DNA of 64,000 nucleotides from Obrimoposthia wandeli (GCA_977020255.1 CDROCS010002432.1:124001-188000); one strand, 5' to 3'; positions 8,834 to 19,286 are shown, counted from the stretch's first letter. Translations and numbers: made by a program. The notes: generated from the sequence alone by a model not told the origin.

Positions 8834-11038
8834 ATGTCTGATCGTAATCAGTTGGTGAAAGAAAATTTTATCAATTTTGTTCGTGCCCAAACCTTGCCTG
8901 CATCAACCTGTGCGTTAAGCCCGAGTGATGTTGGCTTAAGCGCCGCGGACATTATTGACTTGTTTGAAACACAAGCCATGAGTCGTCACTTAGATTTACA
9001 GTCGCGGGTGATGCAGAAAAAAGGCCAAAGCTTTTATACTATTGGTAGCTCTGGCCATGAAGGGAATGCTGCTTACGCGAAAGCATTTCGTCCAACTGAT
9101 ATGGCTTTTTTACATTATCGCAGTGGTGCTTTTGTTATACAGCGCGGTAAACAAGTCCCCGGCCAAACGCCTTTATATGACATGCTATTGTCATTTGCCG
9201 CCTCGAAAGACGATCCTATTTCCGGTGGTCGTCATAAAGTACTGGGTAGTAAAGCGCTCTCTATTCCACCGCAAACCAGTACCATAGCGTCACATTTACC
9301 CAAGGCGATGGGCGCAGCTTATAGTATTCCACTGGCGAAGCGTTTAGCACATAAAGGTGAAATCCCTGATGACGGCATCATTATTTGTAATTTTGGTGAC
9401 GCCTCATCAAACCACTCAACAACGCAAGGCGCAATTAACAGTACGGCTTGGGCGTCGTATCAGTCGATACCTATGCCGATTGTCTTTATTTGTGAAGATA
9501 ATGGCATTGGTATTTCAACCGCGACGCCGGCAGGCTGGATTGCCGCTAACTATAAAAACAGAGTCGGATTAACATATATTTATTGTGACGGCCTAAATAT
9601 TTTAGACACCTACAAAGCCGCGAAAGAAGCAGAACGTATTGCCCGAGAACTGCGTAAACCAGTATTTTTACATGTGCGTACAGTGCGCTTACTTGGCCAT
9701 GCGGGTTCAGATGCGGAATTTGTTTATCGAGAACTTGACGATATAACCGCCACTGAGTTTCAAGACCCGCTATTACACACGGCACGTATTATCCTAGAGC
9801 ACAATTTATTAACGACTGAAGAACTGATCGCCATGTACGAAAATATTGCCCTGCGTATTACGGTCATTGCTGACAGTGCGGCCAGTAAAGAAAAGCTCAC
9901 CAGTGCTGATGCTATTATGGCGAGTATTATTCCTGAATTTACTAAAGCACGAAGCTCAGTAACAGTGAGCGGTGAAACTCGAACAGAAATTTTCCAGCAC
10001 GAAAAACACAACTTAACCAAAAAGCAGCATTTAGCGAAACTGATTAATTGGACCTTGATCGATCTAATGGCTGAATATCCTAATATCGTTATGTGCGGTG
10101 AAGACATCGGGAAAAAAGGTGGCGTTTATAATGTTACGGCTAAGCTGTGTGAGCGTTTCAGTAAAAACCGAGTCATTAATACTCTGCTTGATGAGCAAAC
10201 CATTTTAGGCACGGCTATTGGCTTGGCACATAATGGTTTTCTACCGATACCTGAAATTCAGTTCTTAGCTTATGTGCATAACGCGGAAGATCAAATTCGT
10301 GGTGAAGCAGCAACCTTACCGTTTTTCTCTAATGGCCAATTTACGAACCCTATGGTGATTCGCATTGCCGGCCTAGCTTATCAAAAAGGTTTTGGCGGCC
10401 ATTTTCATAATGATAATTCTTTTGCGGTTTTTCGTGATATTCCAGGATTAATTATTGCGTGTCCGTCAAATGGTGCCGATGCGGTGGAAATGTTGCGTGC
10501 CAGTGTGCGTTTAGCACAAGAGCAACAGCGCATGGTGATATTTTTAGAACCCATAGCACTTTACATGGCGAAAGATTTACACCAAGAAGGTGATGGCCTG
10601 TGGACCTTTAAATACCAGCCTCCGAAATTGACGGATAGTACCATTGATTTAGGCGTTAAGGTCGCCGGCGAAGGTAAGCAGCTTTGTATTTTAACTTACG
10701 GCAATGGTTATTATCTGTCGCGCAAAGCACAAGTATTACTGGCTGAGCAGGGCATTGATGCACGCGTTGTTGATTTACGTTGGTTAGCTCCACTTGACGA
10801 AAAAGGTATTTTGGCGCAGGTGAATGCTTGTGAGCAGGTGTTAATTGTTGATGAATGCCGCCAAACCGGATCTATTAGTGAAGCTTTAGTGACGCTAATT
10901 CATGAGCAAGCGACGAACCGTTGTAAAATAAAACGGGTTACGGCCAGTGATAGCTTTATTCCATTGGGCGCAGCCGCTTATGAAGTGCTGCCATCAGTGG
11001 AAAATATTGTCATGGCTGCGAAGGAGATTTGCCAATGA
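8834..11038 (+). CDS. ThDP-dependent 2-oxoacid dehydrogenase E1, fused alpha+beta
   Basis: Alpha: GDAS...CEDNG ThDP motif and RLLGHAGSD loop. Beta: GEDIG..GGV, DEQ, EIQF, VVDLRWL.PLD. GGAG RBS precedes ATG 8834. Confidence 0.88.
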   Translation: MSDRNQLVKENFINFVRAQTLPASTCALSPSDVGLSAADIIDLFETQAMSRHLDLQSRVMQKKGQSFYTIGSSGHEGNAAYAKAFRPTDMAFLHYRSGAFVIQRGKQVPGQTPLYDMLLSFAASKDDPISGGRHKVLGSKALSIPPQTSTIASHLPKAMGAAYSIPLAKRLAHKGEIPDDGIIICNFGDASSNHSTTQGAINSTAWASYQSIPMPIVFICEDNGIGISTATPAGWIAANYKNRVGLTYIYCDGLNILDTYKAAKEAERIARELRKPVFLHVRTVRLLGHAGSDAEFVYRELDDITATEFQDPLLHTARIILEHNLLTTEELIAMYENIALRITVIADSAASKEKLTSADAIMASIIPEFTKARSSVTVSGETRTEIFQHEKHNLTKKQHLAKLINWTLIDLMAEYPNIVMCGEDIGKKGGVYNVTAKLCERFSKNRVINTLLDEQTILGTAIGLAHNGFLPIPEIQFLAYVHNAEDQIRGEAATLPFFSNGQFTNPMVIRIAGLAYQKGFGGHFHNDNSFAVFRDIPGLIIACPSNGADAVEMLRASVRLAQEQQRMVIFLEPIALYMAKDLHQEGDGLWTFKYQPPKLTDSTIDLGVKVAGEGKQLCILTYGNGYYLSRKAQVLLAEQGIDARVVDLRWLAPLDEKGILAQVNACEQVLIVDECRQTGSISEALVTLIHEQATNRCKIKRVTASDSFIPLGAAAYEVLPSVENIVMAAKEICQ

Positions 11039-12102
11039 GTTCATTAGAAAATAATGTCGCTAAAAGTAAGCAAAGAGCCGTTGTTATTTGCCCAGGGCGT
11101 GGTACTTACAATAAAGAAGAATTAGGCTATTTACAGCGTTTACATGGAGATAAAACTGAGATCATTAACCTGATAGATGGCTACCGTGATAGCAAAGAAC
11201 AAGTGAAAGTGTCTGAGCTCGATGCTATGGAAAATTTCAGCATGCGCCTACATACTGCTGGCGAAAATGCTTCCGCGCTGATTTATGCTTGTGCATTAGC
11301 TGACTACCAAGCGATTAATAAAGCTGAGTTTGATATTGTTGCAGTGACGGGTAATTCGATGGGGTGGTATATTGCGCTAGCCGTAGCACAGGCGCTTCAA
11401 CCTCAGCAAGCGATTGAGTTAATTAATACCATGGGCTCAATGATGACGGATGGTGTTATAGGTGGACAAATGATCTACCCAATCATTAACGATGATTGGC
11501 AAGTTGATGAACAAAAGCAACAACAGCTAATGCAGTGGCTGGCAGAGGCAAATCAACCCAGTGGTTGTGAAGTTTATCTATCGATTAACTTAGGCGGCTA
11601 TTTAGTTTTTGGTGGCAATAAGGCTGGCTTAAAAGCACTTGAGGTCTTATTACCTGTGGTGCAAGACCGTTATCCGATGAACTTATTTAATCATGCTGCT
11701 TTTCATACCCCCTTACTTCAAGATGTTTCGACACGTGCTATGTCGTTAATGTCAGCAGATATTTTTAATGCGCCCAAAATACCGTTAATTGATGGGACAG
11801 GGCATATATGGCAACCCTACAGTTGCGATGTTGACCAGTTATATAACTACACCCTGAATACCCAAGTAGTAACACCATATAACTTTTCAAAAGCAATAGA
11901 AGTGGCTATTAAAGAGTTCGCGCCAGATAAGTTGATTATATTGGGACCAGGCTCTACCTTAGGTGGTGCTGTTGCGCAAAGTTTGATCAGCCATCATTGG
12001 CATAACTTACAAAACAAGTCGGACTTTATAGCGTTGCAAAAACAAGACCCTTTTATACTCGCAATGGGCTTAGCTGAACAGCGTAACAAGGTGCTCAGAT
12101 AA
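11035..12102 (+). CDS. FabD/acyltransferase-fold protein with altered specificity residues
   Basis: CPGRG (versus FPGQG), GNSMG nucleophile motif, AAFHTPLL. AAGGAG RBS and ATGA overlap with the E1 stop. Confidence 0.8.
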   Translation: MSSLENNVAKSKQRAVVICPGRGTYNKEELGYLQRLHGDKTEIINLIDGYRDSKEQVKVSELDAMENFSMRLHTAGENASALIYACALADYQAINKAEFDIVAVTGNSMGWYIALAVAQALQPQQAIELINTMGSMMTDGVIGGQMIYPIINDDWQVDEQKQQQLMQWLAEANQPSGCEVYLSINLGGYLVFGGNKAGLKALEVLLPVVQDRYPMNLFNHAAFHTPLLQDVSTRAMSLMSADIFNAPKIPLIDGTGHIWQPYSCDVDQLYNYTLNTQVVTPYNFSKAIEVAIKEFAPDKLIILGPGSTLGGAVAQSLISHHWHNLQNKSDFIALQKQDPFILAMGLAEQRNKVLR

Positions 12103-12162
12103 GTTAAAATAGGTCTAGAATAAATATTAGAAATAATTGTATAAAATAGAATGGCTGAAATT

Positions 12163-12180
12163 TTTTTATTTTTATACAAT
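12163..12180. promoter_or_regulatory. Possible ARG box (argR autoregulation)
   Basis: TTTTTATTTTTATACAAT fits WNTGAATWWWWATTCANW at 15/18; an inverted ATTGTATAAAA lies at 12136-12146. The AT-rich context weakens the call. Confidence 0.3.
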
Positions 12181-12212
12181 AGAGCATAGAAATTTCCGTT
12201 TTGAGTTAACTA

Positions 12213-12695
12213 ATGATAACAAGCCGTAAAAAAAATGAAGCAGAATTGATACTTGCGTTTAAGGCATTACTGAAAGAGCAGTGTTATGGCTCACAAAGTC
12301 AACTTGCGGATGCCCTTGCTTTGCAAGGCTTTAAAAACATGTCTCAAGCGAAAATATCTCGTTTGTTATCTAAACTTGGCGCAGTAAAAATGCGTAACGC
12401 CAATGAGCAAGTCGTATATATTTTACCTGATGAGCTAGCGGTGCCAAAATCAAAGCAAGCGATTCAGTCGGTAGTTATTAGTGTCAAACACAATAATATG
12501 CAGATTATTCTAAAAACGGGCATTGGTGGCGCGCCACTAATTTCAAGAATGCTGGATAGCTTAGGTGAGTCGACAGGGATCCTCGGGACATTGGCTGGCG
12601 ATGATACTATTTTTATTGCACCAACAGATGTAAATCGTATTGCTGAGATCACTAAAGATATTAGCTTGCTGTTAGGCGTATCAGTTCAAGATTAA
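12213..12695 (+). CDS. argR: Arginine repressor ArgR (family member/paralog)
   Basis: SQ..ISRLL.KLGAVK HTH and C-terminal GTLAGDDTIFI arginine-binding motif. Confidence 0.88.
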   Translation: MITSRKKNEAELILAFKALLKEQCYGSQSQLADALALQGFKNMSQAKISRLLSKLGAVKMRNANEQVVYILPDELAVPKSKQAIQSVVISVKHNNMQIILKTGIGGAPLISRMLDSLGESTGILGTLAGDDTIFIAPTDVNRIAEITKDISLLLGVSVQD

Positions 12696-12719
12696 CCTTA
12701 TTTGAGACAAGTAGACCAT

Positions 12720-12756
12720 AAAAAAAGGGTAAACATAATATGTTTATCCTTTTTTT
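12720..12756. terminator. Bidirectional intrinsic terminator
   Basis: AAAAAAAGGGTAAACAT-AAT-ATGTTTATCCTTTTTTT. Confidence 0.85.
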
Positions 12757-12790
12757 GTTTTTAAAATGTATAGTATTAACATGGCCTTAG

Positions 12791-12834
12791 GTCATGTGAC
12801 AGTCATTGTCATATGACATTTAGGGGGACTGTCA
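12791..12834. promoter_or_regulatory. Palindromic operator-like site upstream of the membrane protein/XRE pair
   Basis: GTCATGTGACA-GTCAT-TGTCATATGAC (one mismatch); TGACAGTC (12797) and GACTGTCA (~12827) are mutually inverted. Confidence 0.5.
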
Positions 12835-12913
12835 CTTACCTGACGGCGTAATGAAAAGTTAATCTTGTTTAAATAGCTCCACTTTAATGAGCAAGTAACA
12901 GCAAGGAATAAAT

Positions 12914-13348
12914 ATGAAAAATAATAATTTAGCTACAGAGAGTGAAGCGATAGCTAGTGTAAATTATAGCGATGGCTTTACGTTCGATTTTAATGATGAT
13001 GGCCGCTTAATTAATGTTTTTGGCTCGGCATGGACCGGCAAAGAGACCGTGTCATTTAATGGTAAGGTTATTGCTAAAAAGCGTTCTTATACACGTAAAT
13101 CAATACTAGAGTTTACGGTTGAAGGTGACCGATATGAAGTTGAGTTCAACATGGTTGATATGTTGCGGGGTGAGCTGCATTGTACATTGATTAAAAATGG
13201 TGTGCATTTTAAAACCTTGAGAAAGGCACTGGTGAATAAATATCAAATAACCTCAAAATCATGGTGGAAGATGTTACTTTTATTCTTTGTTGGTGGGTTT
13301 TCTGGATATATAGCGGTGCATTTTATTTTTAAATTTTTTGGCGAGTAG
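12914..13348 (+). CDS. Hypothetical protein with C-terminal TM helix
   Basis: 144-aa ORF, AAGGAA RBS, hydrophobic C-terminus. Confidence 0.75.
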   Translation: MKNNNLATESEAIASVNYSDGFTFDFNDDGRLINVFGSAWTGKETVSFNGKVIAKKRSYTRKSILEFTVEGDRYEVEFNMVDMLRGELHCTLIKNGVHFKTLRKALVNKYQITSKSWWKMLLLFFVGGFSGYIAVHFIFKFFGE

Positions 13349-13377
13349 TCCAAGTATGTTAATAGGAGCTACAAACC

Positions 13378-13698
13378 ATGGAAATTAATGCCTTAAAGGT
13401 AAAAGAATTACGAACTGAACAGCTTTGGACGCAACAACACTTAGCTGATGCATGTGACATAAGTTTACGGACCGTACAACGAGTAGAGCGCTACGGTAAT
13501 GCTTCAAATGAAACACTGATGAGCTTAGCCGCAGTGTTTAATATTGACAAAAAAACACTGCTTGTTGACGTTGAACCCGTAGAAGTTATTGAACATGTTG
13601 CAGGGTTAAGTCAAAAGCAATTATTAATATTGGCAACAGCTACAGGTACTGTTATTGGCGCATCTTTAATGTATTTAATGATGTTAATAGAGCTTTAA
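13378..13698 (+). CDS. XRE/Cro-C1 HTH protein with C-terminal TM helix
   Basis: WTQQHLADACDISLRTVQRVE HTH_3 motif; hydrophobic tail; AGGAG RBS. Confidence 0.85.
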   Translation: MEINALKVKELRTEQLWTQQHLADACDISLRTVQRVERYGNASNETLMSLAAVFNIDKKTLLVDVEPVEVIEHVAGLSQKQLLILATATGTVIGASLMYLMMLIEL

Positions 13699-13875
13699 TA
13701 ACTAAAGGGAATAATGATGATGTTTAAAAAGTATTGGTTAACTTTAGATGCAGCACATCAGTAAACCATGACTGTATTATTAACATTGGCGGGTCTGGCA
13801 AGCCTATTTAACATTGGACACTTGATTGGATAATTTATTTAGTAATGGCTATACCTCAATAGGAAATAGTCAAAG

Positions 13876-13904
13876 TAGCTCTTAACAACTAATGTTAAGA
13901 GCTA
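13876..13904. terminator. Hairpin past the galM stop
   Basis: TAGCTCTTAACA-ACTAA-TGTTAAGAGCTA, perfect 12-bp stem. Confidence 0.6.
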
Positions 13905-13931
13905 AGAGTTAGTATTATTTAACAAAATCAA

Positions 13932-15023
13932 TTAGCCACTATTAGAAAAAAAACAACGAGTTTTACTATAAAAAGGCGTTTCAGGCTGAAGTAGGGTATT
14001 ATTAATATTTGCCCCAAAATGTTGATTGGCCAAACGCAGTGGCTCGAAACAAAATGCGCCATGCTTTTGATAAATGAAGTTTTCCTTACCTTTTTGACTG
14101 CCATCAATGTAATTTGCAGTATATAAAACCAAGCTAGGTTGATCGCTATATAGTGCCAATTGTCTGCCTGACTTTGGCTCAAATGCTTTAGCCAGAAATA
14201 CTCTTTCATTGATGGCGCTATTATTACTTAACCAATAATTATCAAAACCTTTGGCAATGGCTATTTGCTCATCATCACTGTTAATATGCTTACCAATGGC
14301 GGTTAATTGACGAAAGTCATGTTTGGTATTGTTAACGTTTCGAATTTCGCCCGTCGGGTAAACGTGTTTATTCATGGGTAAAAAGTGATCAGCATTTATT
14401 TGAATTTGGTGTTGATAAATTTCCCCTGAACTGTGTCCTGCTAAATTGAAATAACTATGCTGAGTTAGATTGATTACGGTGGTTTTATCTGTTGTAGCAA
14501 AATATTCAATGGATAATTCATTGTTATTATTTAAGCTATATTTTATTTTGAAATCAACGTTGCCCGGAAAACCATTATCACCATCTGGGCTGCTATGTTG
14601 AAGTATCAGGCTGACTGTTTCCGTTGTGCTTTCTGTTGTTGCCTGCCATAGCTGTTTATTTAATGCTTGTAAGCCGCCATGGAGTTGATTGTCGTTATTA
14701 TTAATACTCAGTTGATAGTGTTTACCATTAATTGATAATAGCCCTTGATCAATTCGCCCTGCATAACGGCCAATAATAGCACCAAGGTAGTAGGGATCTG
14801 TTTCATAAGCGCCAATATTATCGTAACCCAGTACAATATCGGCGGATATGCCGTGTTTATCGAGTGTATTCAGAGCGACAATGATACCGCCATAGTTGGT
14901 AATTTTAACTTCAGTACCTTGTCTATTGGCTAAAGTGAAAAGTTGTACATTTTCGCCATTATTTAATCGACCAAAATCATCTTGGTCGATGCTAAGACAA
15001 TGAATGTTAGGCTTGGCGAACAT
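13932..15023 (-). CDS. galM: Aldose 1-epimerase (mutarotase)
   Basis: GAIIGRYAGRI, LHGG, NLTQHSYFNL, FCFE motifs. Confidence 0.88.
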   Translation of the reverse strand: MFAKPNIHCLSIDQDDFGRLNNGENVQLFTLANRQGTEVKITNYGGIIVALNTLDKHGISADIVLGYDNIGAYETDPYYLGAIIGRYAGRIDQGLLSINGKHYQLSINNNDNQLHGGLQALNKQLWQATTESTTETVSLILQHSSPDGDNGFPGNVDFKIKYSLNNNNELSIEYFATTDKTTVINLTQHSYFNLAGHSSGEIYQHQIQINADHFLPMNKHVYPTGEIRNVNNTKHDFRQLTAIGKHINSDDEQIAIAKGFDNYWLSNNSAINERVFLAKAFEPKSGRQLALYSDQPSLVLYTANYIDGSQKGKENFIYQKHGAFCFEPLRLANQHFGANINNTLLQPETPFYSKTRCFFSNSG

Positions 15024-15183
15024 GCTTTATTCCACAAATGAAAATAACTCGTTGAAGATCATTTACAGCAGGTAGTTATGGGCTGCTAGGTTATTATTTA
15101 AAGAATAATATAGACGATATCAGTGCTTTAATAACAGTTGATTAGCAACAGAAAGCGAATATCTTCACTGTTGCTTATCAGCT

Positions 15184-16155
15184 TTAGTGACTACGGTTAG
15201 CAGCAATATGTGCTAAGGCAATCAATGCTTGCTTGTGTTCTGATTCAGGCAGCATAGCAATAGCATTAATGGCCTTGTCTGCTTCTTGTTCTGCTTTTTT
15301 CTGAGTATAAACTAATGCACCTGTTTGTTTCATGGCCGAAAGAATAGCATCTAAATGTTCCATACCGTCGCCATGTTCAATAGCATTTCTGATCATAGTT
15401 CTTTGTTGGTCATTACCATGCTCCATTGCATATAAAAGTGGCAATGTTGGCTTACCTTCAGCGAGATCGTCGCCAACGTTTTTACCCATTTCTTGTGCGT
15501 CAGCCGTGTAGTCCATAATATCGTCAACCAATTGAAAAGCGGTGCCTAAATGCTTGCCATAATTTTGCATGGCCAGTTCAGTTGCTTGGTCTTGTTTGGC
15601 AATAACAGCCGCAAGACGCGTCGCCGCTTCAAATAACTTCGCTGTTTTGCAATAGATAACCTGCATATAACTATCTTCTGTAGTGTCAGGGTCATTACAA
15701 TTCATTAACTGTAATACTTCACCTTCAGCAATAATGTTGGTTGCATCAGATAAAATGTCCATGATTCTTAAATTGCTTAATTCACTCATCATTTGAAATG
15801 AACGAGAATATAAGAAGTCACCAACTAACACGCTAGCACTGTTACCGAACATAGCATTCGCTGTTTCACGACCACGGCGCATGTTTGACTCGTCAACTAC
15901 ATCATCATGTAAGAGGGTGGAGGTATGAATAAACTCAACGATTGCTGCAAGTTGTAAATGCTCATTACCTTGATAACCAATAGCTCTGGCTGCTAATACG
16001 GTCAGGAGCGGACGCATGCGCTTGCCGCCGCCATTGACAATATACACACCTAATTGATTAATAAGAGCAACATCAGAGTGAAGTTTAGAAAAGATAAGAT
16101 CGTTGACTGCTGTCATGTCTTGTTGAGCTAAAGCTTGGATATTTTTGATATTCAT
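15184..16155 (-). CDS. ispB: Octaprenyl-diphosphate synthase
   Basis: GGKRMRP, LLHDDVVDES..RRG, FQLVDD; divergent from rplU. Confidence 0.95.
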   Translation of the reverse strand: MNIKNIQALAQQDMTAVNDLIFSKLHSDVALINQLGVYIVNGGGKRMRPLLTVLAARAIGYQGNEHLQLAAIVEFIHTSTLLHDDVVDESNMRRGRETANAMFGNSASVLVGDFLYSRSFQMMSELSNLRIMDILSDATNIIAEGEVLQLMNCNDPDTTEDSYMQVIYCKTAKLFEAATRLAAVIAKQDQATELAMQNYGKHLGTAFQLVDDIMDYTADAQEMGKNVGDDLAEGKPTLPLLYAMEHGNDQQRTMIRNAIEHGDGMEHLDAILSAMKQTGALVYTQKKAEQEADKAINAIAMLPESEHKQALIALAHIAANRSH

Positions 16156-16516
16156 AAAGCGTAACGAGTTACCTTAAATTTACGTTCTATCAACGTATTA
16201 AATAATTATACAACCACTTAAAGTGAGCTTAAAAGTCTATTAGCCATGCTATCAATTTTAACTAAGGAATACCCTTTGTTTTAACTAATTTATACGGAAT
16301 ATAACGTTGGCATGAGGTTCAATGGGTAACTATAAACCTGCAAACAACAATTTTTTTAACTATCACTAAGCGAACAATCATTTAGTCCGATTAATATTAT
16401 GTTAGAATACTAGCGATTTCATTGGCCAATTTTACACGAAATTCATGACGATAGAAGTTTTCCGAGTGAGAAGTTTTTGTTTAGGTGAAAATAATAATAA
16501 ATCATTACTTTTATAC

Positions 16517-16553
16517 TTGCCCTAACCGATTTCTTCGCGTAGAATTCGCGCCC
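16517..16553 (+). promoter_or_regulatory. Sigma70 promoter of rplU-rpmA with GC-rich discriminator
   Basis: TTGCCC-17 nt-TAGAAT-TCGCGCCC. Confidence 0.7.
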
Positions 16554-16607
16554 TATAATTTTAAATTTAAGCGTCGTCCTTAGATGATGACGCAGTACGG
16601 AGTAGCT

Positions 16608-16919
16608 ATGTACGCGGTATTCCAAAGCGGTGGTAAACAGCATCGTGTAACTGAAGGCCAAACAGTTCGTTTAGAAAAAATTGAACTTGAAATTGGTGCT
16701 GCAGTAGAATTCGAAAACGTTTTAATGATCGCCGATGGCGAGAGCATCAATGTAGGCGCGCCTTACATTGCTGGTGGTAAAGTTGTTGCTGAGGTTGTAA
16801 ACCAAGGTCGCGCTGACAAAGTTAAAATTGTTAAATTTAAACGTCGTAAGCATTCACGTAAAGAAGCGGGCCATCGTCAATGGTTCACTGAAGTGAAAAT
16901 TACTGGCATTAACGGCTAA
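16608..16919 (+). CDS. rplU: 50S ribosomal protein L21 (bL21)
   Basis: [14 protein letters not shown]...; GGAG RBS before ATG 16608. Confidence 0.98.
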   Translation: MYAVFQSGGKQHRVTEGQTVRLEKIELEIGAAVEFENVLMIADGESINVGAPYIAGGKVVAEVVNQGRADKVKIVKFKRRKHSRKEAGHRQWFTEVKITGING

Positions 16920-16935
16920 TTAGGAGCGATTTACA

Positions 16936-17193
16936 ATGGCACATAAGAAAGCTGCGGGTAGTACACGTAACGGTCGTGATTCAGAAGCTAAACGCCTAGG
17001 TGTTAAACGTTTTGGCGGCGAAGCCGTTTTAGCGGGTAACATCATTGTTCGTCAACGTGGAACTCGTTTTCACGCTGGTAGCAACATGGGTATCGGTAAA
17101 GACCACACTCTATTTGCTTTATCTGATGGTAAAGTACAATTTGAAGTTAAAGGTCCTAAAAACCGCAAGTTTGTAAGCATTATCGCTGAGTAG
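16936..17193 (+). CDS. rpmA: 50S ribosomal protein L27 (bL27)
   Basis: [16 protein letters not shown]... Confidence 0.98.
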   Translation: MAHKKAAGSTRNGRDSEAKRLGVKRFGGEAVLAGNIIVRQRGTRFHAGSNMGIGKDHTLFALSDGKVQFEVKGPKNRKFVSIIAE

Positions 17194-17209
17194 TAATACG
17201 CAAACTTAT

Positions 17210-17240
17210 AAAACCCTGCTGTTACGCAGGGTTTTTTTTT
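17210..17240 (+). terminator. Intrinsic terminator after rpmA
   Basis: AAAACCCTGC-TGTTAC-GCAGGG followed by T10. Confidence 0.9.
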
Positions 17241-17245
17241 GCAAC

Positions 17246-17308
17246 TAATACCAATCTAACTAATTACCTGATCATTTCAACTGGTTGAAACAGCCAACTA
17301 CTGCGTTG
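17246..17308. repeat. Possible truncated copy of an Alteromonadales intergenic TAATACCAATC... repeat
   Basis: TAATACCAATC...CTGATCATTTCAAC-TG-GTTGAAA...ACTGCGTTG. Resembles from memory the left arm of a dispersed repeat family; unverified. Confidence 0.35.
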
Positions 17309-17514
17309 CTTAATAGTTAATACAACTAATTATTAAAATAAATGCCTTATATTTGAATGTTTTTTCTAAGTATAAAGTAGAGTCGCTAATTAATAACATT
17401 GGTTAAATTTATGACTATTCGTTACAAATTGTATAAAAAATGACATTGTTCAAACCAAATTGAAATAAATCATTTATAATACACAGCAGAAGATAAAATT
17501 TTGGAGTGTTTTAA

Positions 17515-18681
<1,167 letters not shown>

Positions 18682-18701
18682 AACGTGCTGATTTTCCATC
18701 G

Positions 18702-18736
18702 AAGGTGCATTTGTAGCAATACAATGCACCTTTTTT
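18702..18736 (+). terminator. Intrinsic terminator after obgE
   Basis: AAGGTGCATT...AATGCACCTT followed by T-run. Confidence 0.75.
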
Positions 18737-18797
18737 GTTATCTGTAATAACGTATAATACGTTAAAATTTAGCAGATATATAAATGATAGAAACCTT

Positions 18798-19286
18798 ATG
18801 ACCATACTCTCAATGATCGTGGCGCACGCTGATAATCGTGTTATCGGTAAAAATAATGATATGCCTTGGTATTTGCCGGCTGATTTAGCCTACTTCAAAA
18901 AAACAACCTTGGGGAAGCCGATTATTATGGGGCGCAAGACCTATGAGTCTATTGGAAGACCTTTGCCAGGGAGAAAAAATATTGTTATTTCCCGAGATGA
19001 TAGCTACCAAGCGGCGGGTGTTGAGGTGGTTAATTCTGTAGAGGATGCTTTAGCTTTGGTTGAAGATTGCGAAGAAGTTATGGTGATTGGTGGCGGTGCT
19101 ATTTATCAACACTGCTTAGCAGCTGCACAGCGCCTTTATATCACCCATATTGACGCTAATATAACTGGCGATACCTATTTTCCTGAATATGATTTAAATG
19201 TATGGAAAAAAGTCTCTAGTACGCTTCTCCCTAGTGATGATAAAAACCCCTATCAATTAGATTTTTCTGTATATGAAAAAGTGTAG
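18798..19286 (+). CDS. folA: Dihydrofolate reductase
   Basis: IG.NNDMPW.LPADL..FK, MGRKTYESIGRPLPGR.N, IGGG; start at ATG 18798. Confidence 0.96.
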   Translation: MTILSMIVAHADNRVIGKNNDMPWYLPADLAYFKKTTLGKPIIMGRKTYESIGRPLPGRKNIVISRDDSYQAAGVEVVNSVEDALALVEDCEEVMVIGGGAIYQHCLAAAQRLYITHIDANITGDTYFPEYDLNVWKKVSSTLLPSDDKNPYQLDFSVYEKV

